A DNA stretch of 50,888 nt, filler included, from Dendrobates tinctorius (GCF_039654945.1; 4 parts of 4 records of this genome joined end to end with filler, not necessarily neighbours in it), one strand, 5' to 3'; shown: positions 21,741-35,511, counted from the whole stretch's first letter. Notes: generated by a model from the sequence alone, not told the origin. Program-made: numbers and translations.

Positions 21741-24212
21741 ACTAGCTGAAGAGCCCGGCGTTGCCTGGACATAGTAACCAACTGTGGTTAGTTATAACAA
21801 ATTATAATGATTATATTGCACTTAAAAACATTTCACATCATATATTCAACACTACAGATCTGCAACACAAATTAACTAAACAATTACCCAAGTATCCTAT
21901 TCTGTGTGATACTTTCTGCTGAGCCGTGTATCTAATCCTCTCCTGTGTGATACTTTCTGCTGAGCCGTGTATCTAATCCTATCCTGCGTGATATCGTCTG
22001 CTGAGCTGTGTATCTAATCCTATCCTGTGTGATACTGACTGCTGAGCCGTGTATCTAATCCTATCCTCTGTGATACTGACTGCTGAGCTGTGTATTTAAT
22101 CCTGTCCTGTGTGATACTGACTGCTGAGCCGTGTATCTAATCATATCCTGTGTGATATCGTCTGCTGAGCTGTGTATCTAATCCTCTCCTGTGTGATACT
22201 GACTGCTGAGCCGCGTATCTAATCCTATCCTGCGTGATACAGTCTGCTGAGCTGTGTATCTAATCCTATCCTGTGTGATACTGACTGCTGAGCCGTATAG
22301 CTAATCATATCCTGTGTGACACTGACTGATGAGCCGTGTATCTAATCCTCTCCTGTGTGATACTGACTGCTGAGCTGTGTATCTAATCCTCTCCTGTGTG
22401 ATACCGTCTGCTGAGCCGTGTATCTAATCCTCTCCTGTGTGATACCGTCTGCTGAGCCGTGTATCTAATCCTCTCCTGTGTGATACCCTCTGCTGAGCCG
22501 TGTATCTAATCCTCTTCTGTGTGATACTGACTGCTGAGCCGTGTATCAAATTCTCTCCTGTGTGATACCAACTGCTGAGCCGTGTATCTAATCCTCTTCT
22601 GTGTGATACTGACTGCTGAGCCGTGTATCTAATCCTCTCCTGTGTGATACCGTCTGCTGAGCCGTGTATCTAATCCTCTCCTGTGTGATACTGACTGCTG
22701 AGACGTGTATCTAATCCTCTCCTGTGTGATACCGTCTGCTGAGCCGTGTTTCTAATCCTCTTCTGTGTGATACTGACTGCTGAGACGTGTATCTAATCCT
22801 CTCCTGTGTGATACCGTCTGCTGAGCCGTGTATCTAATCCTCTTCTGTGTGATACTGACTGCTGAGCCGTGTATTTAATCCTCTCCTGTGTGATACTGAC
22901 TGCTGTGCTGTGTATCTAATCCTATCCTGTGTGATACTGACTGCTGAGCCGTGTATCTAATCCTCTCCTGTGTGATACTGACTGCTGAGCCGTGTATCTA
23001 ATCCTATCCTGTGTGATACCAACTGCTGAGCAGTGTATCTAATCCTCTCCTGTGTGCTACTGACTGCTGAGCTGTGTATTTAATCCTATCCTGTGTGATA
23101 CTGTCTGCTGAGCCGTGTATCTAATCCTATCCTGTGTGATACTGACTGCTGAGCCATGTATCTAATCCTATCCTGTGTGATACTGACTGCTGAGCCGTGT
23201 ATCTAATACTATCCTGTGTGATACTGACTGCTGAGCCGTGTATCTAATCCTCTCCTGTGTGATACTGACTGCTGAGCCGTGTATCTAATCCTATCCTGTG
23301 TGATAATGACTGCTGAGCCGTGTATCTAATCCTATCCTGTTTAATACTGACTGCTGAGCCGTGTATCTAATCCTATCCTGTGTGATACTGACTGCTGAGC
23401 CGTGTATGTAATCCTATCCTGTGTGATACTGACTGCTGAGTCGTGTATCTAATCCTCTCCTGTGTGATACTGACTGCTGAGCCGTGTATCTAATCCACTC
23501 CTGTGTGATACTGTCTGCTGAGCCGTGTATCTAATCCTCTCCTGTGTGATACTGTCTGCTGAGCCGTGTATCTAATCCTCTCCTGTGTGATACTGACTGC
23601 TGAGCCGTGTATCTAATTCTCTCCTGTGTGATACTGGGCTCCCCCTGCAGTCTGTGTCAGAGGGTGGTCTGTGTTGGCACGGTAATAAATTGTGTTATTT
23701 CCAGCTTTACAGAAGGACGATAACACCATAGAAATGATAAGAATAATCGGCCTCAGTTACCACAACTGTCTGCGTTGCTGATAGCGTCCAATCACAGCTC
23801 ATTTTTCATCAGCTCTGGGACAGTGTGGCGAGTTTTGAGTGGCGACTTTTATGTGTCGAGGTTGGTGTATGTGTGAAACACGTGGTAGTGTGTGGCGCAT
23901 TTTGTGTGTGTCTTCCTATCCCCGTGTGTGGTGAGTATCCCATGTCAGGGCCCCACCTTAGCAACTGTACGGTATATACTCTTTGGCGCCATCGCTCTCA
24001 TTCTTTCAGTCCCCCTTGTTCACATCTGGCAGTGGTCAATTTGCCTCCAACACTTTTCCTTTCACTTTTTCCCCATTATGTAGATAGGGGCAAAATTGTT
24101 TGGTGAATTGGAACACGCGGGGTTAAAATTTCACCACAAAACATAGCCTGTGATGCTCTCGGGGTCCAGACATGTGACTGTGCAAAATTTTGTGGCTGTA
24201 GCTACGACGGTG
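21741..24212 (+). mobile_element. Possible non-autonomous Helitron/Helentron-like element carrying the 41-bp array; truncated by the gap
   Basis: Starts ACTAGCTGAAGAGCCCGGCGTTGCCTGG, resembling rolling-circle element ends, exactly where Penelope similarity stops. The distal part has TGTGCAAAATTT. The family call is recall-based. Confidence 0.4.
21895..23636 (+). repeat. 41-bp tandem array, about 42 copies (CTGCTGAGCCGTGTATCTAATCCTCTCCTGTGTGATACTGA)
   Basis: Tandem array read directly. Confidence 0.98.
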
Positions 24213-24312
24213 NNNNNNNNNNNNNNNNNNNNNNNNNNNNNNNNNNNNNNNNNNNNTTAATTAATTAANNNNNNNNNNNNNNNNNNNNNNNNNNNNNNNN
24301 NNNNNNNNNNNN
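24213..24312. other. Assembly gap with artificial TTAATTAATTAA spacer
   Basis: 44 N + TTAATTAATTAA + 44 N. Confidence 0.97.
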
Positions 24313-24389
24313 TGGGGGACGCTCTCATGCGGTTCCTGACAAACTGTAGCAGAGCCGTCCCCTGAAGCCGCTGCTGATCCGGCATCTTA

Positions 24390-24690
24390 GGCTGTGTGCA
24401 CACGCTGCGGATTTTGCTGCGGTTCCGCAGCGGTTTTGGTGTACAGTACCATGATCCCTACGGGAATCAAAAACCGCAGTGCAGACGGTGCGGAATTTTC
24501 CGCGCTGATTATCTGCGGTTTTCAATCTGCAGAAAGAATTGACATGTCAGTTCTTTCTGCGGATTCTCCTGCGGTTTGCCATCTCCTCCATTGAGGAACC
24601 GCAGAGCAATCCGCAGGTATTTTGACCTGCAGATTTTACAAAATCCGCGCGGATGAATCCGCACCTTTTCCGCAGCGTGTGCACACTGCC
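24390..24690. mobile_element. Harbinger-type MITE
   Basis: TTA-GGCTGTGTGCACACGCTGCGG ... CCGCAGCGTGTGCACACTGCC-TGA, with internal TGCGG/CCGCA subrepeats. Confidence 0.82.
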
Positions 24691-24757
24691 TGATAATCCA
24701 GAATGTGCGGACTGAGAGATGAGCAGTGGAAATGGTGAAGTCCGGCCTAAGACGCCA

Positions 24758-25114
24758 GGGGGCCGCAGGGGCGTGACCAAGGGGCCGCAAGGGCGTGACC
24801 AAGGGGCAGCAGGGGCGTGACCAAGGGGTGCAGGGGCGTGCCTAAGGGGCCGCAGGGGCGTGACCAAGGGGGCGCCGGGGCGTGACCAAGGGGGCCGCAG
24901 GGGCGTGACCAAGGGGGGGGGCAGGGGCGTGACCAAGGGGGGGCAGGGGCGTGACCAAGGGGGGGCAGGGGCGTGACCAAGGGGGCGCAGGGGCGTGACC
25001 AAGGGGGCGCAGGGGCGTGACCAAGGGGGGCAGGGCGTGCCTAAGGGGCCGCAGGGGCGTGACCAAGGGGGGGCAGGGGCGTGACCAAGGGGCCGCTGGG
25101 GCGTGACCAAGGGG
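24758..25114 (+). repeat. G-rich minisatellite of about 21-26 bp (GGGGCGTGACCAAGGGGG(C)GCA)
   Basis: Tandem array read directly; dense G-runs. Confidence 0.95.
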
Positions 25115-25761
25115 GTGCTGCACTCAGGGGCCTGTGTTCCCCATGAGATGCTTGGGGCTGGGGGGGATCTGTCCGCTGCAGGCTCCTCCGCTGAGCACAT
25201 GATGGGGTCGGAGGTCGAACCTTGGAACGGAGCCGCTGACAGCTGAGAGTCCGTTACTCTGCTTCTTGGCTCCTCAGTGACTGGGAGTCGCCAGCGCTGC
25301 TACACTGCAGCAAAACCTCAGCTGGGAGAGAGACATTGTCACAAATCCCAGCATCAGGCTTCAGCCCGGAGAGCGATGATGAAACGCCGGGTGTAACGAG
25401 CGCCGTCTGTCAGGCTGTGTTCACATGTCGCAGCTCCCGGCTGGTGGTGCCGGCTGTGGCTGCTCCTGGGGGGACGCCGTCGTCTGACCCGCTCGGGGTC
25501 CGGGAGGGGAGCGCTGTCCGTGTCATCAGGTTTTTTGCTTTTCCAGAGTGATCTGTGGAGATGATCGGCTGCAGAGCCCGGGCCTCACGTGATCGCAGCA
25601 GCGGTGAGTTAACCCTTTGTTTCCTGCTTTCCATTTATTCCCTATTCGTCGCTGTGTAATGTTATGATGTCATCCTGAGTCAGAGCGGAGTCACTGTCTG
25701 CACAGAGTCCTAATTATATCCCCCCACCCGGGCGTCCGGTGCTCACTGCGGGGGCTGCTCT

Positions 25762-28700
25762 CTGTATACTGCCTGTCTATATACTGCCTGTATACCTGTC
25801 TATATACTGCCTGTATACTGCCTGTATACCTGTCTATATACTGCCTGTATACTGCCTATATACTGCCTGTCTATATACTGCTTATATACTGCCTGTATAC
25901 TGTCTGTATACCTGTCTATATACTGCCTGTATACCTGTCTATATACTGTCTGTATACTGCCTATATACTGTCTATATACTGCCTGTATACTGCCTGTATA
26001 CTGCTTATATACTGCCTGTATACTGCCTATATACTGCTTATATACTGCCTGTATACTGCCTATATACTGCCTGTCTATATACTGCTTATATACTGCCTGT
26101 ATACCTGTCTATATACTGCCTGTATACCTGTCTATATACTGCCTGTATACTGCCTGTATACTGTCTATATACCTTCTATATACTGCTTATATACTGCCTG
26201 TATACCTGTCTATATACTGTCTATATACTGTTTATATACTGCCTGTATACCTGTCTATATACTGCCTGTATACCTGTCTATATACTGTCTGTATACTGTC
26301 TATATACTGCCTGTATACTGCCTGTATACTGTCTATATACCTTCTATATACTGCTTATATACTGCCTGTATACTGTCTATATACTGTCTATATACTGTTT
26401 ATATACTGCCTGTATACTGTCTATATACTGCCTGTATACTGTCTATATACCTTCTATATACTGCTTATATACTGCCTGTATACCTGTCTATATACTGTCT
26501 GTATACCTGGCTATATACTGCCTGTATACTGCCTGTATACCTGTCTATATACTGCCTGTATACTGCCTGTATACCTGTCTATATACTGCCTGTATACTGC
26601 CTATATACTGCCTGTCTATATACTGCTTATATACTGCCTGTATACTGTCTGTATACCTGTCTATATACTGCCTGTATACCTGTCTATATACTGTCTGTAT
26701 ACTGCCTATATACTGTCTATATACTGCCTGTATACTGCCTATATACTGCTTATATACTGCCTGTATACTGCCTATATACTGCCTGTCTATATACTGCTTA
26801 TATACTGCCTGTATACTGTCTGTATACCTGTCTATATACTGCCTGTATACCTGTCTATATACTGTCTGTATACTGCCTATATACTGTCTATATACTGCCT
26901 GTATACTGTCTATATACCTTCTATATACTGCTTATATACTGCCTGTATACCTGTCTATATACTGTCTATATACTGCTTATATACTGCCTGTATACTGTCT
27001 ATATACTGCCTGTATACTGCCTGTATACTGTCTATATACCTTCTATATACTGCTTATATACTGCCTGTATACCTGTCTATATACTGTCTGTATACCTGGC
27101 TATATACTGCCTGTATACCTGTCTATATACTGTCTGTATACCTGCCTATATACTGTCTGTATACCTGTCTATATACTGCCTGTATACCTGGCTATATACT
27201 GCCTGTATACTGCCTGTATACTACCTGTATACCTGGCTATATACTGCCTGTATACCTGTCTATATACTGCCTGTATACCTGGCTATATACTACCTGTATA
27301 CCTGTCTATATACTGTCTATATACTGTCTATATACTGCTTATATACTGCTTATATACTGCCTGTATACTGTCTATATACCTTCTATATACTGCTTATATA
27401 CTGCCTGTATACCTGTCTATATACTGTCTGTATACCTGTCTATATACTGCCTGTATACCTGCCTATATACTGCCTGTATACCTGGCTATATACTGCCTGT
27501 ATACCTGGCTATATACTACCTGTATACCTGTCTATATACTGTCTATATACTGCTTATATACTGCCTGTATACCTGCCTATATACTGTCTGTATACCTGTC
27601 TATATACTGCCTGTATACCTGTCTATATACTGCCTGTATACCTGCCTATATACTGCCTGTATACCTGTCTATATACTGCCTGTATACCTGTCTATATACT
27701 GCCTGTATACCTTCTATATACTGCTTATATACTGCCTGTATACCTGCCTATATACTGCCTGTATACCTGCCTATATACTGCCTGTATACCTGTCTATATA
27801 CTGCCTGTATACCTGTCTATATACTGCCTGTATACCTGTCTATATACTGTCTGTATACCTGTCTATATACTGCCTGTATACCTTCTATATACTGCTTATA
27901 TACTGCCTGTATACTGTCTATATACTGCCTGTATACCTGCCTATATACTGCCTGTATACTGCCTATATACTGCCTGTATACCTGTCTATATACTGCCTGT
28001 ATACCTGTCTATATACTGCCTGTATACTGCCTATATACTGCCTGTATACCTGGCTATATACTGCCTGTATACCTGTCTATATACTGCCTGTATACCTGTC
28101 TATATACTGCCTGTATACTGCTTATATACTGCCTGTATACCTGTCTATATACCTGCATATATACTGTCTGTATACCTGTCTATATACTGTCTATATACTG
28201 CTTATATACTGCCTGTATACCTGTCTATATACCTGCATATATACTGTCTGTATACCTGTCTATATACTGTCTATATACTGCTTATATACTGCCTGTATAC
28301 CTGTCTATATACTGCCTGTATACCTGCCTATATACTGCCTGTATACTGCCTATATACTGCCCGTATACCTGTCTATATACTGCCTGTATACCTGTCTATA
28401 TACCTGCATATATACTGTCTGTATACCTGTCTATATACTGCCTATATACTGCCTGTATACCTGTCTATATACTGCCTGTATACCTGTCTATATACTGTCT
28501 GTATACCTGTCTATATACTGTCTATATACTGCTTATATACTGCCTGTATACCTGTCTATATACCTGCATATATACTGTCTGTATACCTGTCTATATACTG
28601 TCTATATACTGCTTATATACTGCCTGTATACCTGTCTATATACTGCCTGTATACCTGCCTATATACTGCCTGTATACTGCCTATATACTGCCTGTATACC

Positions 28701-31220
28701 TGTCTATATACTGCCTGTATACCTGTCTATATACCTGCATATATACTGTCTGTATACCTGTCTATATACTGCCTATATACTGCCTGTATACCTGTCTATA
28801 TACTGCCTGTATACCTGTCTATATACCTGCATATATACTGTCTGTATACCTGTCTATATACTGTCTATATACTGCTTATATACTGCCTGTATACCTGTCT
28901 ATATACTGCCTGTATACCTGGCTATATACTGCCTGTATACCTGGCTATATACTGTCTGTATACCTGTCTATATACTGCCTGTATACCTGGCTATATACTG
29001 CCTGTATACTGCCTGTATACTACCTGTATACTGCCTGTATACTGCCTATATACTGCCTATATACTGCCTGTATACTGCCTATATACTGCCTGTATACCTG
29101 TCTATATACTGTCTATATACTGCTTATATACTGCCTGTATACCTGTCTATATACTGCCTGTATACCTGGCTATATACTGCCTGTATACCTGTCTATATAC
29201 CTGCATATATACTGTCTGTATACCTGTCTATATACTGTCTATATACTGCCTGTATACTGTCTGTATACCTGTCTATATACTGTCTATATACTGCTTATAT
29301 ACTGCCTGTATACCTGTCTATATACTGCCTGTATACCTGTCTATATACTGTCTGTATACCTGTCTATATACTGTCTATATACTGCCTGTATACCTTCTAT
29401 ATACTGCTTATATACTGCCTGTATACTGCCTATATACTACCTGTATACCTGTCTATATACTGCCTGTATACCTTCTATATACTGCTTATATACTGCCTGT
29501 ATACTGCCTATATACTGCCTGTATACCTGTCTATATACTACCTGTATACCTGTCTATATACTGCCTGTATACCTGTCTATATACTGTCTGTATACCTGGC
29601 TATATACTGCCTGTATACCTGTCTATATACTGCCTGTATACCTGTCTATATACTACCTGTATACCTGTCTATATACTGCCTGTATACCTGTCTATATACT
29701 ACCTGTATACCTGTCTATATACTGCCTGTATACCTGTCTATATACTGTCTGTATACCTGTCTATATACTGCCTGTATACCTGGCTATATACTGTCTGTAT
29801 ACCTGGCTATATACTGCCTGTATACCTGGCTATATACTGCCTGTATACCTGTCTATATACTGTCTGTATACCTGTCTATATACTGCCTGTATACCTGGCT
29901 ATATACTACCTGTATACCTGGCTATATACTGCCTGTATACCTGGCTATATACTGCCTGTATACCTGTCTATATACTGCCTGTATACTGCCTATATACTGC
30001 CTGTATACCTGGCTATATACTACCTGTATACCTGTCTATATACTGCCTGTATACCTGGCTATATACTACCTGTATACCTGTCTATATACTGCCTGTATAC
30101 CTGTCTATATACTACCTGTATACCTGTCTATATACTGCCTGTATACCTGTCTATATACTACCTGTATACCTGTCTATATACTGCCTGTATACCTGTCTAT
30201 ATACTGTCTGTATACCTGTCTATATACTGCCTGTATACCTGTCTATATACTGCCTGTATACCTGGCTATATACTGCCTGTATACCTGTCTATATACTGCC
30301 TGTATACCTGGCTATATACTACCTGTATATATACTGTCTGTATACCTGTCTATATACTACCTGTATACCTGGCTATATACTGCCTGTATACCTGTCTATA
30401 TACTGCCTGTATACCTGGCTATATACTACCTGTATATATACTGTCTGTATACCTGTCTATATACTGTCTGTATACCTGTCTATATACTGCCTGTATACCT
30501 ATCTATATACTGCCTGTATACCTGTCTATATACTACCTGTATACCTGGCTATATAATGCCTGTATACCTGGCTATATACTGTCTGTATACCTGTCTATAT
30601 ACTGTCTGTATACCTGGCTATATACTGCCTGTATACCTGGCTATATACTGCCTGTATACCTGGCTATATACTGTCTGTATACCTGTCTATATACTACCTG
30701 TATACCTGGCTATATAATGCCTGTATACCTGGCTATATACTGTCTGTATACCTGTCTATATACTGTCTGTATACCTGGCTATATACTGCCTGTATACCTG
30801 GCTATATACTGCCTGTATACATGTCTATATACTGCCTGTATACCTGTCTATATACTGCCTGTATACCTGGCTATATACTGCCTGTATACCTGTCTATATA
30901 CTGCCTGTATACCTGGCTATATACTACCTGTATACCTGTCTATATACTGCCTGTATACCTGTCTATATACTGCCTGTATACGTTCTTATATACGTGCCTG
31001 TATACCTGGCTATATACTGCCTGTATACCTGGCTATATACTGCCTGTATACGTTCTTATATACGTGCCTGTATACCTGTCTATATACTACCTGTATACCT
31101 GTCTATATACTGCCTGTATACCTGTCTATATACCTGCATATATACTGTCTGTATACATTCTTATATACTGCCTGTATACCTGCCTATATACTGCCTGTAG
31201 AGCTGCTTATATACTGCCTG
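25762..31220 (+). repeat. ~5.4 kb compound satellite of 11- and 12-bp units (TGCCTGTATAC / CTGTCTATATAC and variants)
   Basis: Tandem array read directly. The units lack TAA/TAG/TGA on the + strand, which explains the 1605-aa pseudo-ORF. Confidence 0.98.
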
Positions 31221-31879
31221 CTCTGGGCTGCAGCCCGGACCCCCATACTCTGCACCCCCTGTAGGCCGTCATCCTACGGTTTTCTACAAAACTGCATTTA
31301 ATGTGCCCCTTCTGTTTGCTCCTATGTGGATGTTTGTCTTTAAGGGTCCGTCCACTGCTGGACATGGTCGTGGCCCCGCTGACCAGTTTCCGCCGCCGCT
31401 CCGGCTGACGCCTCATTACCCCCGGTCCTGGCTCGTCCCCTGCACCCAGAGCAATGAGTCCTGTGACCTAATAATCCCGTGCAGGAAACCGTCCATCATT
31501 GGGAAACCCGGCAGTGTCTGCTGACACACAGTCAGGTGTGAACAGTGACGTAATTACTGCAGAGATCATGTAGACAAGTAAAGCCGCCCTCACATGCGAG
31601 AGCGCTCTGTATTCTGAGTGTCGCTGTCGGAAAGCTCTGACGGCCGCTTATCCCTGGCAGAATAAATGATCCGAGTCCAAAATCGGACTTGCACGATGCT
31701 TAACGGCCCCGATGATTGTCCGGGGACCCCCATGTGTAATGTGTATGGGGAAAAGGCCGGGGAGCCAGTAAGCCAAACCTCTGACCCCACCAAAATGGAC
31801 ACCGACTGCACAGCCCTGTACTGGGGGCCACCTGCCAGTGCGATGTCCTCACCTACTGCGTATTACAGGATGCTTATTA

Positions 31880-31968
31880 CAGTGGACGCTCCTCCTCCTG
31901 TGGACGCTCCTTCTGTTTACGCGCTTCTGTGGACGCTCCTCCAGTGGACGCTCCTCCTCCTGTGCATG
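31880..31968 (+). repeat. Short left portion of the GTGGACGCTCCTCCTCCT minisatellite
   Basis: Same units as 32973-35090. Confidence 0.9.
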
Positions 31969-32972
31969 TGTGGCACCCCAGGAGTATGGTCGCCACAGTG
32001 GCTTTGCCTTCCTCCAGGGAGGGTAATGCCAGGCTTGGAGGCAATGATGGGTCTCTCTCACAGTTAACCTATACATGCAGCACAGTTCCACTCCAGGCCA
32101 GCAGGGGGGACTCTGAACTGGAATGGAAGGGAGGAGTGCTCTCTGAGGGCCAAGAGGAAGGAGTGGTCAGTTAGTGTGAGGAGGTCCACGTGTGCAGACG
32201 TGTGGAGAGAAGCTGGAGGTTGAGCTGAGGAAAGAGAGCTCCCTCATAGCGAGAGCGCATGAACTGGAGCCTGGTCTCCACGGTTGTACGGATACTAAAG
32301 GTCCTACAGCAGATACCAGAGGAGTAGGAGGCTGTAAATGCACTACCCCCATCTAAGACTCGGAGGCACAACAGCACGGAGTGAGCCAAGAGAGGAATAG
32401 CGGCTACAGCTGTCTGCCATACGAGGAGCGAGAGTAGAAGAGAATTAGGAGGAACTTCAGTGTAACTCAGTACTAGGAGTACTTCACTCAAATAAGCGCT
32501 AGGGAAGGAGACTGCACAGCCCGCTTGTGAGAGAGAATCCCTGAATTGCTTCCAGGCTAGCCTGCTCCGGTTCCATCTGTAATCAGGACCCTGGACTGCA
32601 GTTATCAAGTAAAGGTACAGAAATTGCACCCCGCTGTGTCTTGTCTGCTTCCTACCCTTCCGGCACTGCTACATCCCTGTGCCAACGACATCTACACTGC
32701 CCTGGGACTACAGCTTCACCTGTGGGGAGCTTTTACATCTTTGCTGCACCACACCATCAGTCCCAGAGGATCTGTCTGCAGCGTCGGCTTAACATCTCAC
32801 ATGCCGAACACCACAGGTGGCGTCACAAACTATTCATCTAACTACATTCCCCCATTCAATCTCCCCTGATACTTGGGCGTCCAGGGCCACGGACCGGGTC
32901 ACCGCTGCTGTGACACATCCCGCCGACACCGGCCCGGTACCAAGTACCCCACAGCTCTGGGAGGGCGACCCA
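31969..32972. mobile_element. Probable solo LTR (~1.0 kb, Gypsy-like) inserted in a minisatellite
   Basis: Begins TGTGGCACCC and ends GGGCGACCCA (TG...CA, imperfect inverted ends). Flanks CATG and GGTG are consistent with a decayed 4-bp TSD. Array units resume on both sides. Confidence 0.65.
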
Positions 32973-35090
32973 GGTGCTCCTCCAGTGGACACTGCTTCTG
33001 TGGATTCTCCTCCTCCAGTGGACGCTCCTCCAGTGTACGCTCCTCCTCCTGTGGACACTTCTCCTCCTGTTTACGTGGTTTCTGTGGACGCTCCTCCTCC
33101 TGTGGACGCTCCTCCTCCTGTTTACGTGGTTTCTGTGGACGCTCCTCCTCCTGTGGACGCTCCTCCTCCTGTTTACGTGGTTTCTGTGGATGCTCCTCCT
33201 CCTGTTTACGTGGTTTCTGTGGACGCTCCTCCTCCTGTGGACGCTCCTCCTCCTGTGGACGCTCCTCCTGTTTACATGGTTTCTGTGGACGCTCCTCCTC
33301 CTGTGGACGCTCCTCCTCCTGTGGACGCTCCTCCTCCTGTTTACGTGGTTTCTGTGGACGCTCCTCTTCCTGTGGACGCTCCTCCTGTTTACGTGGTTTC
33401 TGTGGACGCTCCTCTTCCTGTGGACGCTCCTCCTGTTTACGTGGCTTCTGTGGACGCTCCTCCTGTGGACGCTTCTCCTCCTGTTTACGTGGCTTCTGTG
33501 GACGCTCCTCTTCCTGTGGACGCTCCTCCTCCTGTTTACGTGGTTTCTGTGGACGCTCCTCCTGTGGATGCTCCTCCTCCTGTTTACGTGGTTTCTGTGG
33601 ACACTCCTCCTCCTGTTTACGTGGTTTCTGTGGACGCTCCTCCTCCTGTGGACGCTCCGCCTCCTGTTTACGTGGTTTCTGTGGACGCTCCTCTTCCTGT
33701 GGACGCTCCTCCTGTTTACGTGGTTTCTGTGGACGCTCCTCTTCCTGTGGACGCTCCTCCTGTTTCATTGGTTTCTGTGGACGCTCCTCCTCCTGTTTAC
33801 GTGGCTTCTGTGGACGCTCCTCTTCCTGTGGACGCTTCTCCTCCTGTTTACGTGGTTTCTGTGGACGCTCCTCCTCCTGTGGACGCTCCTCCTCCTGTTT
33901 ACGTGGTTTCTGTGGACGCTCCTCCTCCTGTGGACGCTCCTCCTCCTGTTTACGTGGTTTCTGTGGACGCTCCTCCTCCTGTGGACGCTCCTCCTCCTGT
34001 TTACGTGGTTTCTGTGGACGCTCCTCCTGTGGACGCTCCTCCTCCTGTTTACGTGGTTTCTGTGGACGCTCCTCCTCCTGTTTACGCGGTTTCTGTGGAC
34101 GCTCCTCCTGTTTACGTGGTTTCTGTGGACGCTCCTCCTCCTGTGGACGCTCCTCCTCCTGTTTACGTGGTTTCTGTGGACGCTCCTCCTCCTGTGGACG
34201 CTCATCCTCCTGTTTACGTGGTTTCTGTGGACGCTCCTCTTCCTGTTTACGCGGTTTCTGTGGACGCTCCTCCTCCTGTGGACGCTCCTCCTGTTTACGT
34301 GGTTTCTGTGGACGCTCCTCCTCCTGTGGACGCTCCTCCTCCTGTTTACGTGGTTTCTGTGGACGCTCCTCCTGTTTACGTGGTTTCTGTGGACACTCCT
34401 CCTTCTGTGGACGCTCCTCCTCCTGTTTACGTGGTTTCTGTGGACGCTCCTCCTCCTGTGGAGGCTCCTCCTCCTGTTTACGTGGTTTCTGTGGACGCTC
34501 CTCCTCCTGTGGACGCTCCTCCTCCTGTTTACGTGGTTTCTGTGGACGCTCCTCCTGTGGACGCTCCTCCTCCTGTTTACGCGGTTTCTGTGGACGCTCC
34601 TCCTCCTGTGGACGCTCCTCCTCCTGTTTACGTGGTTTCTGTGGACGCTCCTCCTCCTGTGGACGCTCCTCCTCCTGTTTACGCGGTTTCTGTGGACGCT
34701 CCTCCTCCTGTGGACGCTCATCCTCCTGTTTACGTGGTTTCTGTGGACGCTCCTCCTGTGGACGCTCCTCCTCCTGTTTACGTGGCTTCTGTGGACGCTC
34801 CTCTTCCTGTGGACGCTTCTCCTCCTGTTTACGTGGTTTCTGTGGACGCTCCTCCTCCTGTGGACGCTCCTCCTCCTGTTTACATGGTTTCTGTGGACGC
34901 TCCTCCAGTGTACGCTCCTCCTCCTGTGGACGCTCCTCCTCCTGTTTACGTAGTTTCTGTGGACGCTCCTCCTCCTGTTTACGTGGTTTCTGTGGACGCT
35001 CCTCCTCCTGTGGACGCTCCTCCTCCTGTTTACGTGGTTTCTGTGGACACTCCTCCTCCTGTGGACGCTCCTCCTCCTGTGGATGCTCCT
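32973..35090 (+). repeat. ~2.1 kb compound minisatellite (GTGGACGCTCCTCCTCCT + GTTTACGTGGTTTCT)
   Basis: Tandem array read directly. All subunits are multiples of 3 bp, so long ORFs appear in several frames. Confidence 0.98.
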
Positions 35091-35229
35091 CGGTTCTCTC
35101 TAACACATGACGACCCCTCAGTGTGGACATTACTAAGGGCGCTGTGCACACTAATCACCCGCATGTTTTCTAGGCTGACTCTACAGGAAGCTTTTCCTTT
35201 GTTAGTTTTTCATTTCCTGATGTCGCTTA

Positions 35230-35470
35230 GGCCTCTTTCACACTTCCGTTTTTTTACAATCAGTCAAAATCCGCCAGGTTTTAAAAAAAAACGGATCCGC
35301 AATATTTTTTTGCGGATCCGTTTTTTTCCCCATTGACTTCCATTATCGGCGGATTTTGACGGATTGCCGTCCGTTGCATCCGTTTTTGTGAGGATCCACC
35401 ATAATGTTAGTGTCCGTTAACATCCTCAAAGATTTCCAAACGGAGCTTGCAACGTTTTTTTGGCCGGCGG
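35230..35470. mobile_element. Left part of a Harbinger-type MITE
   Basis: TTA-GGCCTCTTTCACAC start; internal palindrome AAAAACGGATCCGCAA / TTGCGGATCCGTTTTT. Confidence 0.6.
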
Positions 35471-35511
35471 ATCCTCCACACACTGATTTAACCCCAAATT
35501 CTGTCTGGGTG

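Noticed and set aside
21895-23636. CRISPR-like periodicity here and at 38639-39896
   Set aside because: Head-to-tail repeats without unique spacers, no cas genes, and a eukaryotic context.
25739-31301. 1605-aa and nearby YCLYT-repeat ORFs
   Set aside because: Stop-free satellite units, not a protein.
32817-35336. Extensin-like, keratin-associated-like and trichohyalin-like ORFs in five frames
   Set aside because: Repeat units are multiples of 3 bp; the array is interrupted by a probable LTR; no splice or domain support.
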